A stretch of DNA of 64,000 bases, from the NCBI GenBank assembly GCA_963831235.1, contig CAWHPS010000035.1, forward strand, positions 121,896 to 185,895. Reading direction: 5' to 3'. This document shows, piece by piece, positions 9,800 to 19,216 of the stretch (position 1 is its first letter; each line of letters starts with the position of its first letter). This DNA comes from an uncultured Fibrobacterota bacterium. GTDB taxonomy: Bacteria > Fibrobacterota > OXYB2-FULL-49-7 > JAEUSG01. Both the position numbers and the translations under genes were made by a program. The notes under the pieces were generated by a model. The model made no database searches. It was given only the letters and a program-made list of their open reading frames with translations, and was not told the origin of the DNA.

Positions 9800-10960
9800 A
9801 TGACAGAATCAAAACTTATCGATTTTCATTTAGCAAAATTTAAAACCAAGCCCAAACTCATTGCTCTTGCTCCCGGGCGAGTCAATTTTATAGGTGAGCA
9901 TACTGATTACAACGGTGGCTTAGTAATGCCGCTTGCTTTAAATATGGGTGTATATTCCGCTGTTTCCGAAAACAACAAGGGGCTTCTTCGTATTCAATCT
10001 TTGGATTTTAATAAATATGAGGAGTTTGAAATTAGTTCATTACAACCTGATAATATTTCAACTTGGGCTAATTGTCCCAAGGGAATTATCAAAATGCTCA
10101 TTAATGCTGGATGCAGCGTAAAAGGCGTTGACCTTACAATGACAGGAGATATTCCCATAGGTGCAGGCCTTTCATCGTCAGCAGCAGCAGAGGTTTCAGC
10201 GGGATTTGCGGTTAAGGAGCTTTTTTCTTTTACTATTGATGGAATAAAATTGGCTTTGCTTGCCCAAAAGTCAGAACATGAATTCTTAGGCACAAAATGC
10301 GGGATAATGGATCAGGCCATTTCTATTCTTGGGAAAAAAGATACGCTTTTTAAACTTTCCTGCAATGACCTAAGCTTTGATTATATCCCATTCAGAATGA
10401 CGGATATGAAACTTCTTATAATCAATTCAGGTGTAAAACATAATCTGGCAGCAGGTGAATATAATATCAGACGCGCGCAATGTGATGAAGCTTTTAAAAT
10501 AGCAAAGAATGTAAACCCTGGTATAGAGACACTATCTGATTTTTCTTTGGAACTTCTTGATAAAAACAGGAATCTTTTTTCAGATATATTATACCAGCGC
10601 TGTCACCATGTACTTTCAGAAAACTTAAGACTCCTTGAAGTTGCTCGTTGTCTTGCCCTTGATGATTTTGTTTCCGTCGGTAGATTACTAACCGAATCCC
10701 ATCGGAGTTTACAAAAAGATTACGAGGTCTCTTGCCCTGAATTGGATTTTCTTGTAGACCTTTCGCTTAAGCAGGCAGGGGTCTTGGGAGCGCGCATGAC
10801 AGGCGGCGGATTCGGAGGATGTATCATTGTTCTAATTCAGGAAAAAGGTGAGGGTATTTTTAAAAAATCACTTTCCGCATATAAAAGGGAGTATGATATT
10901 AATCCTGTTGTTTTTGAAGCGGTCTCCTCTGATGGAGCCAAAATTATTTATAGGGATTAA
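9800..10960 (+). CDS. galK: Galactokinase
   Basis: The 386-aa ORF has the galactokinase signature PGRVNFIGEHTDYNGG and the GHMP kinase ATP-binding motif (PIGAGLSSSAA) plus C-terminal GGGFGGC. Confidence 0.9.
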   Translation: MTESKLIDFHLAKFKTKPKLIALAPGRVNFIGEHTDYNGGLVMPLALNMGVYSAVSENNKGLLRIQSLDFNKYEEFEISSLQPDNISTWANCPKGIIKMLINAGCSVKGVDLTMTGDIPIGAGLSSSAAAEVSAGFAVKELFSFTIDGIKLALLAQKSEHEFLGTKCGIMDQAISILGKKDTLFKLSCNDLSFDYIPFRMTDMKLLIINSGVKHNLAAGEYNIRRAQCDEAFKIAKNVNPGIETLSDFSLELLDKNRNLFSDILYQRCHHVLSENLRLLEVARCLALDDFVSVGRLLTESHRSLQKDYEVSCPELDFLVDLSLKQAGVLGARMTGGGFGGCIIVLIQEKGEGIFKKSLSAYKREYDINPVVFEAVSSDGAKIIYRD

Positions 10961-11073
10961 TTCCCATTAAGCTAGAAAAAGCGTTTCTTATTAAGTTATC
11001 TTATTGAGCTTTCAAACAAGCCAATTCATGCGGATTATATTACTGTCAATCATTAAATAGAACAGGAGATCTC

Positions 11074-11718
11074 ATGAAATTCAATCCTCTTGATATTCTT
11101 TTACCGCGCGAAACAAAGTTTTACCATTATCTTAATCAACAGGTGGATATTTTTATTGAAGGAGGCAGGAGCTTTAAGGAATTTGTTGTTAACATAGAGA
11201 AATTCAGCGATGATGAATTCAAGAATAAAATATTGATTGTAAAAGAATATGAACATAAAGGCGATTCCGTAGAGCGTCGTATAATAGATGAACTTCATAA
11301 AACATTCATTACTCCTTTTGACAGGGAAGACATTCATACAATTACAATCAATATTGATAAAGCCCTTGATATTTTAAACAGTATTACGCAGAAGTTTGAA
11401 ATTTATCATATTCGTAAGGTTCCGGAAAATGTTTGCAAATTCGCGGACCTTATTATTGAAATGGCGCTTGTTTTGCAAAAACTAATGAAAGCCCTTGAAA
11501 CCAAGGGGGACATCATGGTTCATGCTGATAAACTTCATTCGCTTGAGAATACTGCGGATCATTTGTTCCATTGGAGCATGGCTGAATTATTTGACGGTCA
11601 GCACAATCCCATAGATGTGCTGAAATTCAAAGAGGTTTATGAGCATCTTGAAAACTGTGTTGATGCCATTGATTATATTGGAAAACTTGTCCGTGGAGTT
11701 GTAGTTAAACTGGGTTAG
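11074..11718 (+). CDS. DUF47 / PhoU-like phosphate transport regulator (Pit accessory protein), copy 1
   Basis: The 214-aa protein is about 70% identical to the ORF at 12871..13515. It belongs to the TIGR00153/DUF47 family that is typically encoded immediately upstream of pit, and it is immediately followed by a PiT transporter. Confidence 0.8.
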   Translation: MKFNPLDILLPRETKFYHYLNQQVDIFIEGGRSFKEFVVNIEKFSDDEFKNKILIVKEYEHKGDSVERRIIDELHKTFITPFDREDIHTITINIDKALDILNSITQKFEIYHIRKVPENVCKFADLIIEMALVLQKLMKALETKGDIMVHADKLHSLENTADHLFHWSMAELFDGQHNPIDVLKFKEVYEHLENCVDAIDYIGKLVRGVVVKLG

Positions 11719-11721
11719 TAA

Positions 11722-12741
11722 ATGCTATCACATCTTATACATGCTCTTTTGGAACATCCTGCTGTAATGCTTGTAATCGCACTTGCGCTTGTTTTTGATT
11801 TTCTAAACGGGTTTCATGATTCAGCTAATTCCATTGCAACAATCGTTGTCAGCAAAACATTGACTCCTTTTCAAGCGGTAGTAATGGCGGGGTTGGCCAA
11901 TTTTGTTGGATATTTTGTTTTTGGGGTTGCAGTTGCAAAAATGGTTGGAAAGGGTGTTGTCCATATGGATAATGTTACCCTTCCTCTTATTATTGCCGCC
12001 TTAATAGGTGCAATTATCTGGAACATAGCCACGTGGCTTCTTGGCCTTCCTACAAGCAGCAGCCATGCACTTATCGGAGGACTTATCGGCGCTGGTATTG
12101 CACATGCCGGTCCCGTTGTGATTATCTGGAAGGGTGTGCTTACCATATTTTCTTTTATTATTATTGCGCCATTGCTTGGTATGGTTGGAGCCGGCTTATT
12201 CACAATAATTATAATTTGGATTTTTCGAGGAATGCATCCAAGAAAATCCAAAGTAACATTTAAATATCTTCAGTTGATATCAGGAGTCTTTTCAAGCGTG
12301 GGCCACGGAACAAATGATGCACAGAAAACAATGGGTATAATTGCGCTTGCATTATGTACCGCAGGGATGCAGAAGGAATTTTATATTCCGCATTGGGTCA
12401 TCCTTTCAGCATACAGTGCAATTTCTCTTGGAACGGTTTTTGGAGGCTGGCGGATTGTAAAAACAATGGGCACAAACATTACAAAAATCCGTGAAATGGA
12501 AGGTTTTTGTTCTGGGACAGCTGCTGCGGTTGTGCTACTAGGAACAGCGGCTTTTGGCATACCAGTATCAACAACGCATGTCATTTCAGGGTCTATAATG
12601 GGTGTGGGTGCTGTAGAGCATGCCGGATCAGTTCGGTGGATTACAGCACGTAGAATTGTCTGGGCCTGGATAATAACAATTCCCTTAACAGCAGCTTGTT
12701 CAGCATTAAGCTATCTGGTCATTACTGTAATAAATCCTTAA
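11722..12741 (+). CDS. Inorganic phosphate transporter, PiT (PHO4) family, copy 1
   Basis: The 339-aa polytopic membrane protein carries the duplicated PHO4 signature GFHDSANSIAT ... GHGTNDAQKTMG. Confidence 0.9.
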   Translation: MLSHLIHALLEHPAVMLVIALALVFDFLNGFHDSANSIATIVVSKTLTPFQAVVMAGLANFVGYFVFGVAVAKMVGKGVVHMDNVTLPLIIAALIGAIIWNIATWLLGLPTSSSHALIGGLIGAGIAHAGPVVIIWKGVLTIFSFIIIAPLLGMVGAGLFTIIIIWIFRGMHPRKSKVTFKYLQLISGVFSSVGHGTNDAQKTMGIIALALCTAGMQKEFYIPHWVILSAYSAISLGTVFGGWRIVKTMGTNITKIREMEGFCSGTAAAVVLLGTAAFGIPVSTTHVISGSIMGVGAVEHAGSVRWITARRIVWAWIITIPLTAACSALSYLVITVINP

Positions 12742-12781
12742 TTTTTTCAAAATTATCGTTTTCCGTTAACCTTTATTTCTT

Positions 12782-12810
12782 TTGTAACATCTCTGTAATA
12801 CATTTGTAAT
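12782..12810 (+). promoter_or_regulatory. Candidate Pho box (PhoB binding site): three 7-mers at 11-bp phasing TTGTAAC-atct-CTGTAAT-acat-TTGTAAT
   Basis: The sequence was read directly. It matches the architecture of the E. coli Pho box (CTGTCAT 7-mer direct repeats with a 4-bp spacer). It lies about 60 bp upstream of the second DUF47-pit pair. Confidence 0.55.
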
Positions 12811-12870
12811 GTTGAAAGTATATCTTTTGCTTAATAATATGTTTGTATTTACCTTTTTAAAGGAGTCACG

Positions 12871-13515
12871 GTGAAGTTCAATCCGCTGGACATTCTTCTT
12901 CCGAGGGAAACCAAATTCTTTGTTTACTTTAATGAACAAATTGAGGTTTTGATAGAAGGGTGTAAATTATTCAAGGAGTTTACGGATAATCTTAAACAAC
13001 TTTCCGATGAAGAATTTAAAGTGCGCATTATTTCAATGAAGCAATGTGAGCAAAGAGGGGATAAGGTTGAAAGGAAAATCATAGATGAACTTAATAAAAC
13101 CTTTATAACTCCATTTGACAGGGAAGACATACATACCATCGCGATTAATGTGGATAAAGCTCTTGATATATTAAACAGCATCACCCAAAAATTTGAGGTT
13201 TATAGAATCCGCAGTGCCCCTTCCAGTGTAAGCAGGTTTTCAGATTTGCTTGTTGAAATGGCATTTGAATTAAAACTGCTTTTTTCAGCCCTTGAGAAAA
13301 AGGGTGAAATAATGAAGCATGTTGAAAAACTTCACTCACTAGAAAACACGGCAGACCATCATTTTCACTGGAGCATGGCAGAGCTTTTTGACGGTCAGCA
13401 TAACCCTATAGATGTTTTGAAATTCAAGGAGGTTTACGAATATCTTGAAGGAATAACGGATATTATGGATTATATCGGAAAACTTGTCCGTGGTGTAACA
13501 GTTAAACAAGGATAA
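12871..13515 (+). CDS. DUF47 / PhoU-like phosphate transport regulator, copy 2 (GTG start)
   Basis: The 214-aa protein is a paralog of the ORF at 11074..11718. An AAAGGAG ribosome-binding site lies 6 nt upstream of the GTG start. Confidence 0.8.
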   Translation: MKFNPLDILLPRETKFFVYFNEQIEVLIEGCKLFKEFTDNLKQLSDEEFKVRIISMKQCEQRGDKVERKIIDELNKTFITPFDREDIHTIAINVDKALDILNSITQKFEVYRIRSAPSSVSRFSDLLVEMAFELKLLFSALEKKGEIMKHVEKLHSLENTADHHFHWSMAELFDGQHNPIDVLKFKEVYEYLEGITDIMDYIGKLVRGVTVKQG

Positions 13516-13519
13516 ATCA

Positions 13520-14599
13520 ATGGAAACAATTTTCCATGGCCTTCTTTCCCATCCGCTTATATTGACCGTTGTTGTCTTTGCCCTTGTTTTTGATTTTCTA
13601 AACGGGTTTCATGATGCTGCAAATTCCATTGCAACGGTTGTTGTCACGAGAACACTTACTCCCCTTCAAGCCGTATTTCTTGCCGGCCTTGCAAATTTCA
13701 TAGGATATTTCACATTCAGCCATGCTATTGCAAAAATGGTAAGCAAAGGCATTATAGCCATTGATATGCTTCCCGGAGTGGAGCTTAAACTTTCGCTTAT
13801 ACTTGCAGCTCTTTGTGGTGCGGTAATCTGGAATATTTTCACCTGGTGGATGGGGCTTCCGACAAGCAGCAGTCATGCTCTTATAGGAGGCCTTGTTGGG
13901 GCTGGTATTGCTGCTGCCGGGCCTTCAATTGTCATACTTGGACACATAGCAATAAATGATGGAAAGCTTGCGGTGAGCGGAGTTTTGCCGATTTTTGCAT
14001 TTATAATAATTGCCCCGGTTTTGGGAATGATTGCATCATCTATTTTTACGATTATCATTATAAATCTTTTTAAGAAAAGCACACCACTGCGGGCAGCAGC
14101 TATCTTTAAAAAACTCCAGCTTTTATCAGCAACCTGGTACAGCATAGGTCATGGTACAAATGATGCACAGAAAACAATGGGCATTATCATGCTTGCACTT
14201 GTTTCTGGCGGGCTTGCATCAAGCATGGAGATTTCCGGTTGGGTCGCTTTGTCCTGCTATATTGCAATAGGCTTGGGTACGGCATTCGGCGGGTGGCGGA
14301 TTGTAAAGACCATGGGAACGCGTATCACAAAAATCCGAGCCATGGAAGGTTTCTCGGCTGAATCAGCGGCTGCGCTTGTTCTTATGGGAACAGCACATTT
14401 TGGAATACCAGTATCTACAACGCATGTGATCTCCGGATCCATCATGGGTGTTGGTGCAGTTGAACAGGCGGGGAAAGTACGCTGGGTCACGGCGCGTCGG
14501 ATAGTCTGGGCATGGATTATAACCATTCCGGCAACTGCAACGTGTTCGGCCATCTGTTATCTAATTATCCGGGCACTTGGGACTTTGCATGGTTTGTAA
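13520..14599 (+). CDS. Inorganic phosphate transporter, PiT family, copy 2
   Basis: The 359-aa protein is a paralog of the ORF at 11722..12741 with the same GFHDAANSIAT / GHGTNDAQKTMG motifs. Confidence 0.9.
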   Translation: METIFHGLLSHPLILTVVVFALVFDFLNGFHDAANSIATVVVTRTLTPLQAVFLAGLANFIGYFTFSHAIAKMVSKGIIAIDMLPGVELKLSLILAALCGAVIWNIFTWWMGLPTSSSHALIGGLVGAGIAAAGPSIVILGHIAINDGKLAVSGVLPIFAFIIIAPVLGMIASSIFTIIIINLFKKSTPLRAAAIFKKLQLLSATWYSIGHGTNDAQKTMGIIMLALVSGGLASSMEISGWVALSCYIAIGLGTAFGGWRIVKTMGTRITKIRAMEGFSAESAAALVLMGTAHFGIPVSTTHVISGSIMGVGAVEQAGKVRWVTARRIVWAWIITIPATATCSAICYLIIRALGTLHGL

Positions 14600-14680
14600 T
14601 CTGGTTTTATGTAAACGTGTCTTTAGCCTTAAACATATCCGAAACCTGAATGCAATATGTATTTTCTATATTATTAACAA

Positions 14681-15382
14681 ATGACAAACGAACCCAAAAT
14701 CCTTGTAGTTGACGATGAAACCGATATCCTTGATTTGGTTGCCTTCCATCTTGAGCGGGCCGGTCTTACTGTTTTAAAAGCCAAAGACGGTGAAACCGCG
14801 CTTTCCATTTTGTGGGATGAGAATGTTGATTTACTCGTCCTTGACCTTATGTTGCCGGGTGTAAACGGACTTGAGGTATTAAAGACCCTTCGGGAAAACA
14901 AGCGGACCGAGAACCTGCCTGTCATTCTTCTGACCGCTAAAACCGCAGAGGTTGACAAGATCGTAGGGTTTGAACTTGGTACGGATGATTATGTGTGCAA
15001 GCCATTTTCTGTCAAGGAATTAATAGCTCGTGTCAAGGCGCTCCTCAAACGCACTACAGGCTTTGCGGGCGAAAACGCTTATGCCGGTGAAGGATTCAGT
15101 GTCAATTTCAACAGCCATAGGATTAAGGTTGATGGAAAAGCAGTGGAGTTTTCTCCCAAGGAATTCGCTATACTCGAATACCTGTTTCATCAGCGCAACA
15201 AGGTAATTGGCAGAGACCAGCTCCTTAACAAGGCATGGGGTATGGATTCTGAAGTTGATGACCGTGTTGTGGATGTCAATATCACCCGTATGCGGGAAAA
15301 AATGGGACGCGCCAAGAAGCTTATCAAGACTGTCAAGGGATATGGCTACATGTTTGACACGAGTGTTTCAGACGAGGAGTAG
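14681..15382 (+). CDS. phoB: Two-component response regulator, OmpR/PhoB family (phosphate regulon regulator)
   Basis: The 233-aa ORF has a receiver domain (ILVVDDETDILDL...LLVLDLMLPGVNG) and a winged-helix output domain. It is adjacent to a PhoR-like kinase and pstSCAB-phoU. Confidence 0.8.
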   Translation: MTNEPKILVVDDETDILDLVAFHLERAGLTVLKAKDGETALSILWDENVDLLVLDLMLPGVNGLEVLKTLRENKRTENLPVILLTAKTAEVDKIVGFELGTDDYVCKPFSVKELIARVKALLKRTTGFAGENAYAGEGFSVNFNSHRIKVDGKAVEFSPKEFAILEYLFHQRNKVIGRDQLLNKAWGMDSEVDDRVVDVNITRMREKMGRAKKLIKTVKGYGYMFDTSVSDEE

Positions 15383-15387
15383 GGCCC

Positions 15388-17190
15388 ATGTTCAGATCAC
15401 TCAAATTCAAACTCAGCCTGCCGCTTTTCATTTCGCTTTTAATTCTTGCACTTCTTGTAAATGCTCTTATTTTAAGGAGTTTCAAGCAGTTTTATATCTC
15501 AAATCTTGTTAACGATGCTTCACGAACACTGCTTTTCAATGCGGAAATTTTTCCAGACTCGCTTCTTAAGAAACAGTCACAGGGTGATCTTCAATCCTAT
15601 TGTCTTTTCATAGACAAGTATCTCAAACAGCGTGTTACTTTCATTGATACCTCAGGAATTGTCATCGGCGATTCCAGGGTTTTGAAAGATTCTCTTTATT
15701 TCCTCGAAAATCATAAAAACCGACCGGAGATCCAGGAGCTATTAAATTCCGCTGTCCCCTTTTCTCATGAAATCCGTTTTAGCGCCACCCTCAAGTTGAC
15801 AATGCTGTATATTGCCGCGCCAATAATTCGAAACGATGTATTACAAGGCTTCCTGAGGTTTGCCATTCCTTTAAAGGATATAGATAAGTATGTATTGAAT
15901 CGTGAACTCGCTGTCCTCTTTCTGACACTCTGCGCTTTTGCCATCTTTTTCCTGATCCTCCATCACTTTTCCCTGCGCATCCACCATGTTGTTAATGAAA
16001 TCGGCGAAAGTGCGCGCCTTATTGAAAGCGGGATCACAAAAGAAAAAGTCTATTTCGGTTTTTCCACTGAAACCGACCGTCTTTACGATTACCTGGATGA
16101 AACCTCGGATCGTTTGCAAGTGCTGATAAATGACCTGGTTGGTCAGCGGGAAGAGGTACGTGTACTTCTTCAGTCAGTTGCCGAAGCTGTGGTGGCTGTT
16201 GATATTCGAATGAGCGTAATGTTTGCAAATGATAATGCGTGCAGGCTTTTCGATTCACAATACACCTCAGACACACTGCCAGCCATGCCGCTTACGGGTT
16301 TCACTCATCTTCAAGCTTTTCGTGATATTGTATCCGATTCTCTTGCTGCAAAGGGCAGGGTTGAGCGAATGGTTTCTTTCAAAGGTCGGTCAAAGGATTA
16401 TGAACTCAAGGCTGTTTGCATGCCAATCTTCCGTCAGCAGGAGAATTCAGATGGAATGGCTATGTTGACTCTGGTTGATTTGACCGAAGAAAAGCGTCTG
16501 GCAAATGCAAAAGCCCAGTTTGTTGAAGCAGCATCTCATGAATTACGGACACCGCTTACGGTCCTTAAAGGATATGTTGAAACACTTGAAGGGTGCACTG
16601 ATGAGGCTTTTCGAAAGCAGTGTTATGAAAAAATCAGCAACAGTGTTTTGCGACTCGAAAATCTGACCGCGGACCTTCTCCAATTGTCCTACCTTGAAAG
16701 TGGAAAGGTGACGATTAAATACGACACCATCAATCTGGAACAGTTGGTGGGTGAAATCATAAATGATCTGGGGCTGCTGCTTAAAAATAAGGACATTGCC
16801 ATAGCCATTGCATGTTCCGGCCTCATCAAGAGCGTTCCGGAGCTGGTTTACATAGCGCTTTATAATCTGATCACAAATGCCATCAAATATAACAAACCGG
16901 GTGGCCGCATCGTTATTCAAACCGTTGTCAGCCCTTCCCAGTGCGAAATATCGGTTCTTGACACCGGGATTGGTATTCCGATCGAATACCGCGAAAAGGT
17001 TTTCGAGCGCTTTTTTAGAATCGACCGCCACCGGAGCCGTGAAACCGGCGGCACAGGTCTCGGTCTTGCCATTGTCAAACATATTGCGGTTACCCTCAAG
17101 GGCAGCGTTCGCGTGGTGGACGGCATTGATGGGGGCGCAGGATTTGTCTTAACATTGCCGGTTAATAATAACGGCAATGGCAGCCGTTAA
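15388..17190 (+). CDS. phoR: Sensor histidine kinase, PhoR-like
   Basis: The 600-aa ORF has an N-terminal TM segment, the H-box EAASHELRTPLT, and the HATPase N/G boxes (NLITNAIKYN, DTGIGIP, GGTGLGLAIV). Confidence 0.8.
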   Translation: MFRSLKFKLSLPLFISLLILALLVNALILRSFKQFYISNLVNDASRTLLFNAEIFPDSLLKKQSQGDLQSYCLFIDKYLKQRVTFIDTSGIVIGDSRVLKDSLYFLENHKNRPEIQELLNSAVPFSHEIRFSATLKLTMLYIAAPIIRNDVLQGFLRFAIPLKDIDKYVLNRELAVLFLTLCAFAIFFLILHHFSLRIHHVVNEIGESARLIESGITKEKVYFGFSTETDRLYDYLDETSDRLQVLINDLVGQREEVRVLLQSVAEAVVAVDIRMSVMFANDNACRLFDSQYTSDTLPAMPLTGFTHLQAFRDIVSDSLAAKGRVERMVSFKGRSKDYELKAVCMPIFRQQENSDGMAMLTLVDLTEEKRLANAKAQFVEAASHELRTPLTVLKGYVETLEGCTDEAFRKQCYEKISNSVLRLENLTADLLQLSYLESGKVTIKYDTINLEQLVGEIINDLGLLLKNKDIAIAIACSGLIKSVPELVYIALYNLITNAIKYNKPGGRIVIQTVVSPSQCEISVLDTGIGIPIEYREKVFERFFRIDRHRSRETGGTGLGLAIVKHIAVTLKGSVRVVDGIDGGAGFVLTLPVNNNGNGSR

Positions 17191-17213
17191 AGTAATTCTT
17201 CCACAAATTCCAA

Positions 17214-17242
17214 TTGTCATAGCTCTGTAATTCTACTGTATC
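17214..17242 (+). promoter_or_regulatory. Candidate Pho box: TTGTCAT-agct-CTGTAAT-tcta-CTGTATC (three 7-mers, 11-bp phasing)
   Basis: The sequence was read directly. It lies 24 bp after the phoR stop and about 400 bp upstream of the porin-pstSCAB-phoU operon. It matches the architecture of the E. coli Pho box. Confidence 0.55.
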
Positions 17243-17296
17243 ATTGAATCCTTATATTTATTGTAACAGACAACCATTATAAAAAGGAGGTAGGGC

Positions 17297-17398
17297 ATGT
17301 CTGTATTATTTATGAAAGAGCTGATAAACGAATTAAAAGAATTCGTATTGCTCATTCTTAAACCGTTTCTGTTTATAGATCGCTTTGGCGAACAATAG
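17297..17398 (+). CDS. Small ORF (33 aa, MSVLFMKELINELKEFVLLILKPFLFIDRFGEQ) with strong SD between Pho box and porin gene; possible leader peptide
   Basis: A strong Shine-Dalgarno sequence, AAAAAGGAGG, lies 6 nt upstream of the ATG. The ORF is below the track cutoff. It is followed by an inverted repeat CCGTTTCT...AGAAACGG. A second strong SD, AAAAAGGAGGG, at about 17494 is followed by ATG-TAA, a start-stop pair. Confidence 0.3.
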   Translation: MSVLFMKELINELKEFVLLILKPFLFIDRFGEQ

Positions 17399-17618
17399 AA
17401 ACGGAAATTAAAAATCCGCTGATAGTGGGTTTTATGTTTCGGAATCGTTATCTGTTTGTAATATCAATGCAATATTCAAAGGGTATATTTAAAAAGGAGG
17501 GAAAGACAAAAATGTAAATAAAATTCTCTCATCATCATCATTATTTGCAGCATGAGAAGAGATAAGGGTTAATGAAATTATGGTAATTAAAAAAGGAACT
17601 TAAGAAAAAGGCAATTTT

Positions 17619-19190
17619 ATGAAAAAACTTATTTTTGTATTCTCGTTTTTATTCTGCACTTTTTTGAATTATGCTCAAACGAGCGCTGATACTGCAAAAG
17701 ACAATGAAAATGGATCAGAGAAGCTAGCTGCTCTGCAGGGGAAAGTTGACGGACTCGAGGAATCATACCTTGCAGACAAAGCAACAGTGGCAAAACTGGC
17801 AAAGTTGAAAATGTCAGGCTATATGCAAATCCAATATAGGATGGCCACGGATACTGCGGGTACCATGGATGCAACTGGAAAGTATCTCCAGAAAGTCGGT
17901 GATTTTGCAGGTGGCGCGTTAACAGACGGTACCCGCGGCCTTGTTCAGGTCCGCCGTGGGCGTTTGAAACTGGGTTATGAAACAGAATTAACACAGAGCT
18001 ATATTCAATTCGACGCAAGTACCGGCGGATTCGAAATCAAAGACGTTTATTTTGCAGTCACTGAACCGTGGCTGAAGAGCGTCGGATTGAAGGGCGGTAT
18101 TTTTGACAGGCCTTTCGGTTATGAAATCTCCTACTCTTCCAGCAACCGTGAATCTCCTGAACGCTCCCGTCTTTTCCAGGTGCTGTTTCCCAAGGAGCGC
18201 GATTTAGGGGCCATGTTGTTTGTAAATCCAGCCGAAAAACTTGGAATGCTTTCGCATTTTAATCTTAAGGCCGGTCTTTTCAACGGCACACAGGCCACCC
18301 TTGCTGAGAATGATAATAAAAAAGACTTTATCGGTCGCCTGGGTTTCTCGCTTCCTTTGACCGATATCAATCTCTCCATCGACGGCGGCGTTTCTGCGTA
18401 CATGGGAAGCGTGACCTGCACGGATACCACGTATAGTTCATGGACCACCTCAAGATCGATTTATCAGAAGCACGATACAGTTTTTGTGGGCTATGTGCCA
18501 AATGGAACTCATGATACTATTATCAACGGCACTAAGACCGTAAAAAGCATTGATTCGGGTTGGGCGGTAAAAACAACGACAACCGTTGCAACTAAAGGGT
18601 ATCAGTACGAAATGTCAAACAACGCTTTTATCAAAAACGACAGCGCTGCCGGTCAGCTTAACAAGCAGTTCGACCGTAAGTATTTTGGCGGGGATTTACA
18701 GGTCTGTTATGATTTGCCTGTGCTTGGGGGGTTAAAGCTCAATTTCGAATATATCCAGGGTGTGCAGCCTGGAACAAGTTCCTCCAGCAGCTACTACAAC
18801 CCAGGCCGTAATTCCACGACTGCGGTTTATATGCGCAACTTCATGGGCTACTATTTAATGTACGTCCAGAATGTGTTTAAGAGCAACCAGTTGGTACTGA
18901 AGTACGATGTTTATGATCCCAATACTGATGTGGAAGGCAAGGATTTTACCTGGGATGCCGCAGCTAAGAAAGTCAAAGGCGGCTTAAGCGGAGCAGATCT
19001 CAAGTATTCCACTGTCGGCCTCGGCTGGATTTACCATTGGGATGAAAATCTGAAATTCGTTCTCTACTATGACATGGTCGCTAATGAAACGGCCGATGCG
19101 TATAATAATTCCTCTTCGACCGCTGATAAGCTCTTGGCAAAGGATTTTAATGATAACGTCCTGACAGTCAGGGCGCAGTACAAGTTCTAA
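17619..19190 (+). CDS. Outer membrane beta-barrel porin, probably phosphate-selective porin O/P family
   Basis: The 523-aa ORF has an N-terminal signal peptide (MKKLIFVFSFLFCTFLNYAQT) and a C-terminal aromatic residue (…RAQYKF), typical of outer-membrane beta-barrels. It is encoded 26 bp upstream of pstS within the Pho block. Confidence 0.65.
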   Translation: MKKLIFVFSFLFCTFLNYAQTSADTAKDNENGSEKLAALQGKVDGLEESYLADKATVAKLAKLKMSGYMQIQYRMATDTAGTMDATGKYLQKVGDFAGGALTDGTRGLVQVRRGRLKLGYETELTQSYIQFDASTGGFEIKDVYFAVTEPWLKSVGLKGGIFDRPFGYEISYSSSNRESPERSRLFQVLFPKERDLGAMLFVNPAEKLGMLSHFNLKAGLFNGTQATLAENDNKKDFIGRLGFSLPLTDINLSIDGGVSAYMGSVTCTDTTYSSWTTSRSIYQKHDTVFVGYVPNGTHDTIINGTKTVKSIDSGWAVKTTTTVATKGYQYEMSNNAFIKNDSAAGQLNKQFDRKYFGGDLQVCYDLPVLGGLKLNFEYIQGVQPGTSSSSSYYNPGRNSTTAVYMRNFMGYYLMYVQNVFKSNQLVLKYDVYDPNTDVEGKDFTWDAAAKKVKGGLSGADLKYSTVGLGWIYHWDENLKFVLYYDMVANETADAYNNSSSTADKLLAKDFNDNVLTVRAQYKF

Positions 19191-19216
19191 CTCAACGCAA
19201 TAAGGAGTTCTAATCA

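Noticed and set aside
12033-12263. Cys-rich small ORFs (12033..12263 plus, 9304..9519 plus) with CxxC-like content.
   Set aside because: They are embedded in the coding frames of the PiT and cdsA-like genes, so their Cys/Arg-rich composition is an artefact of off-frame translation.
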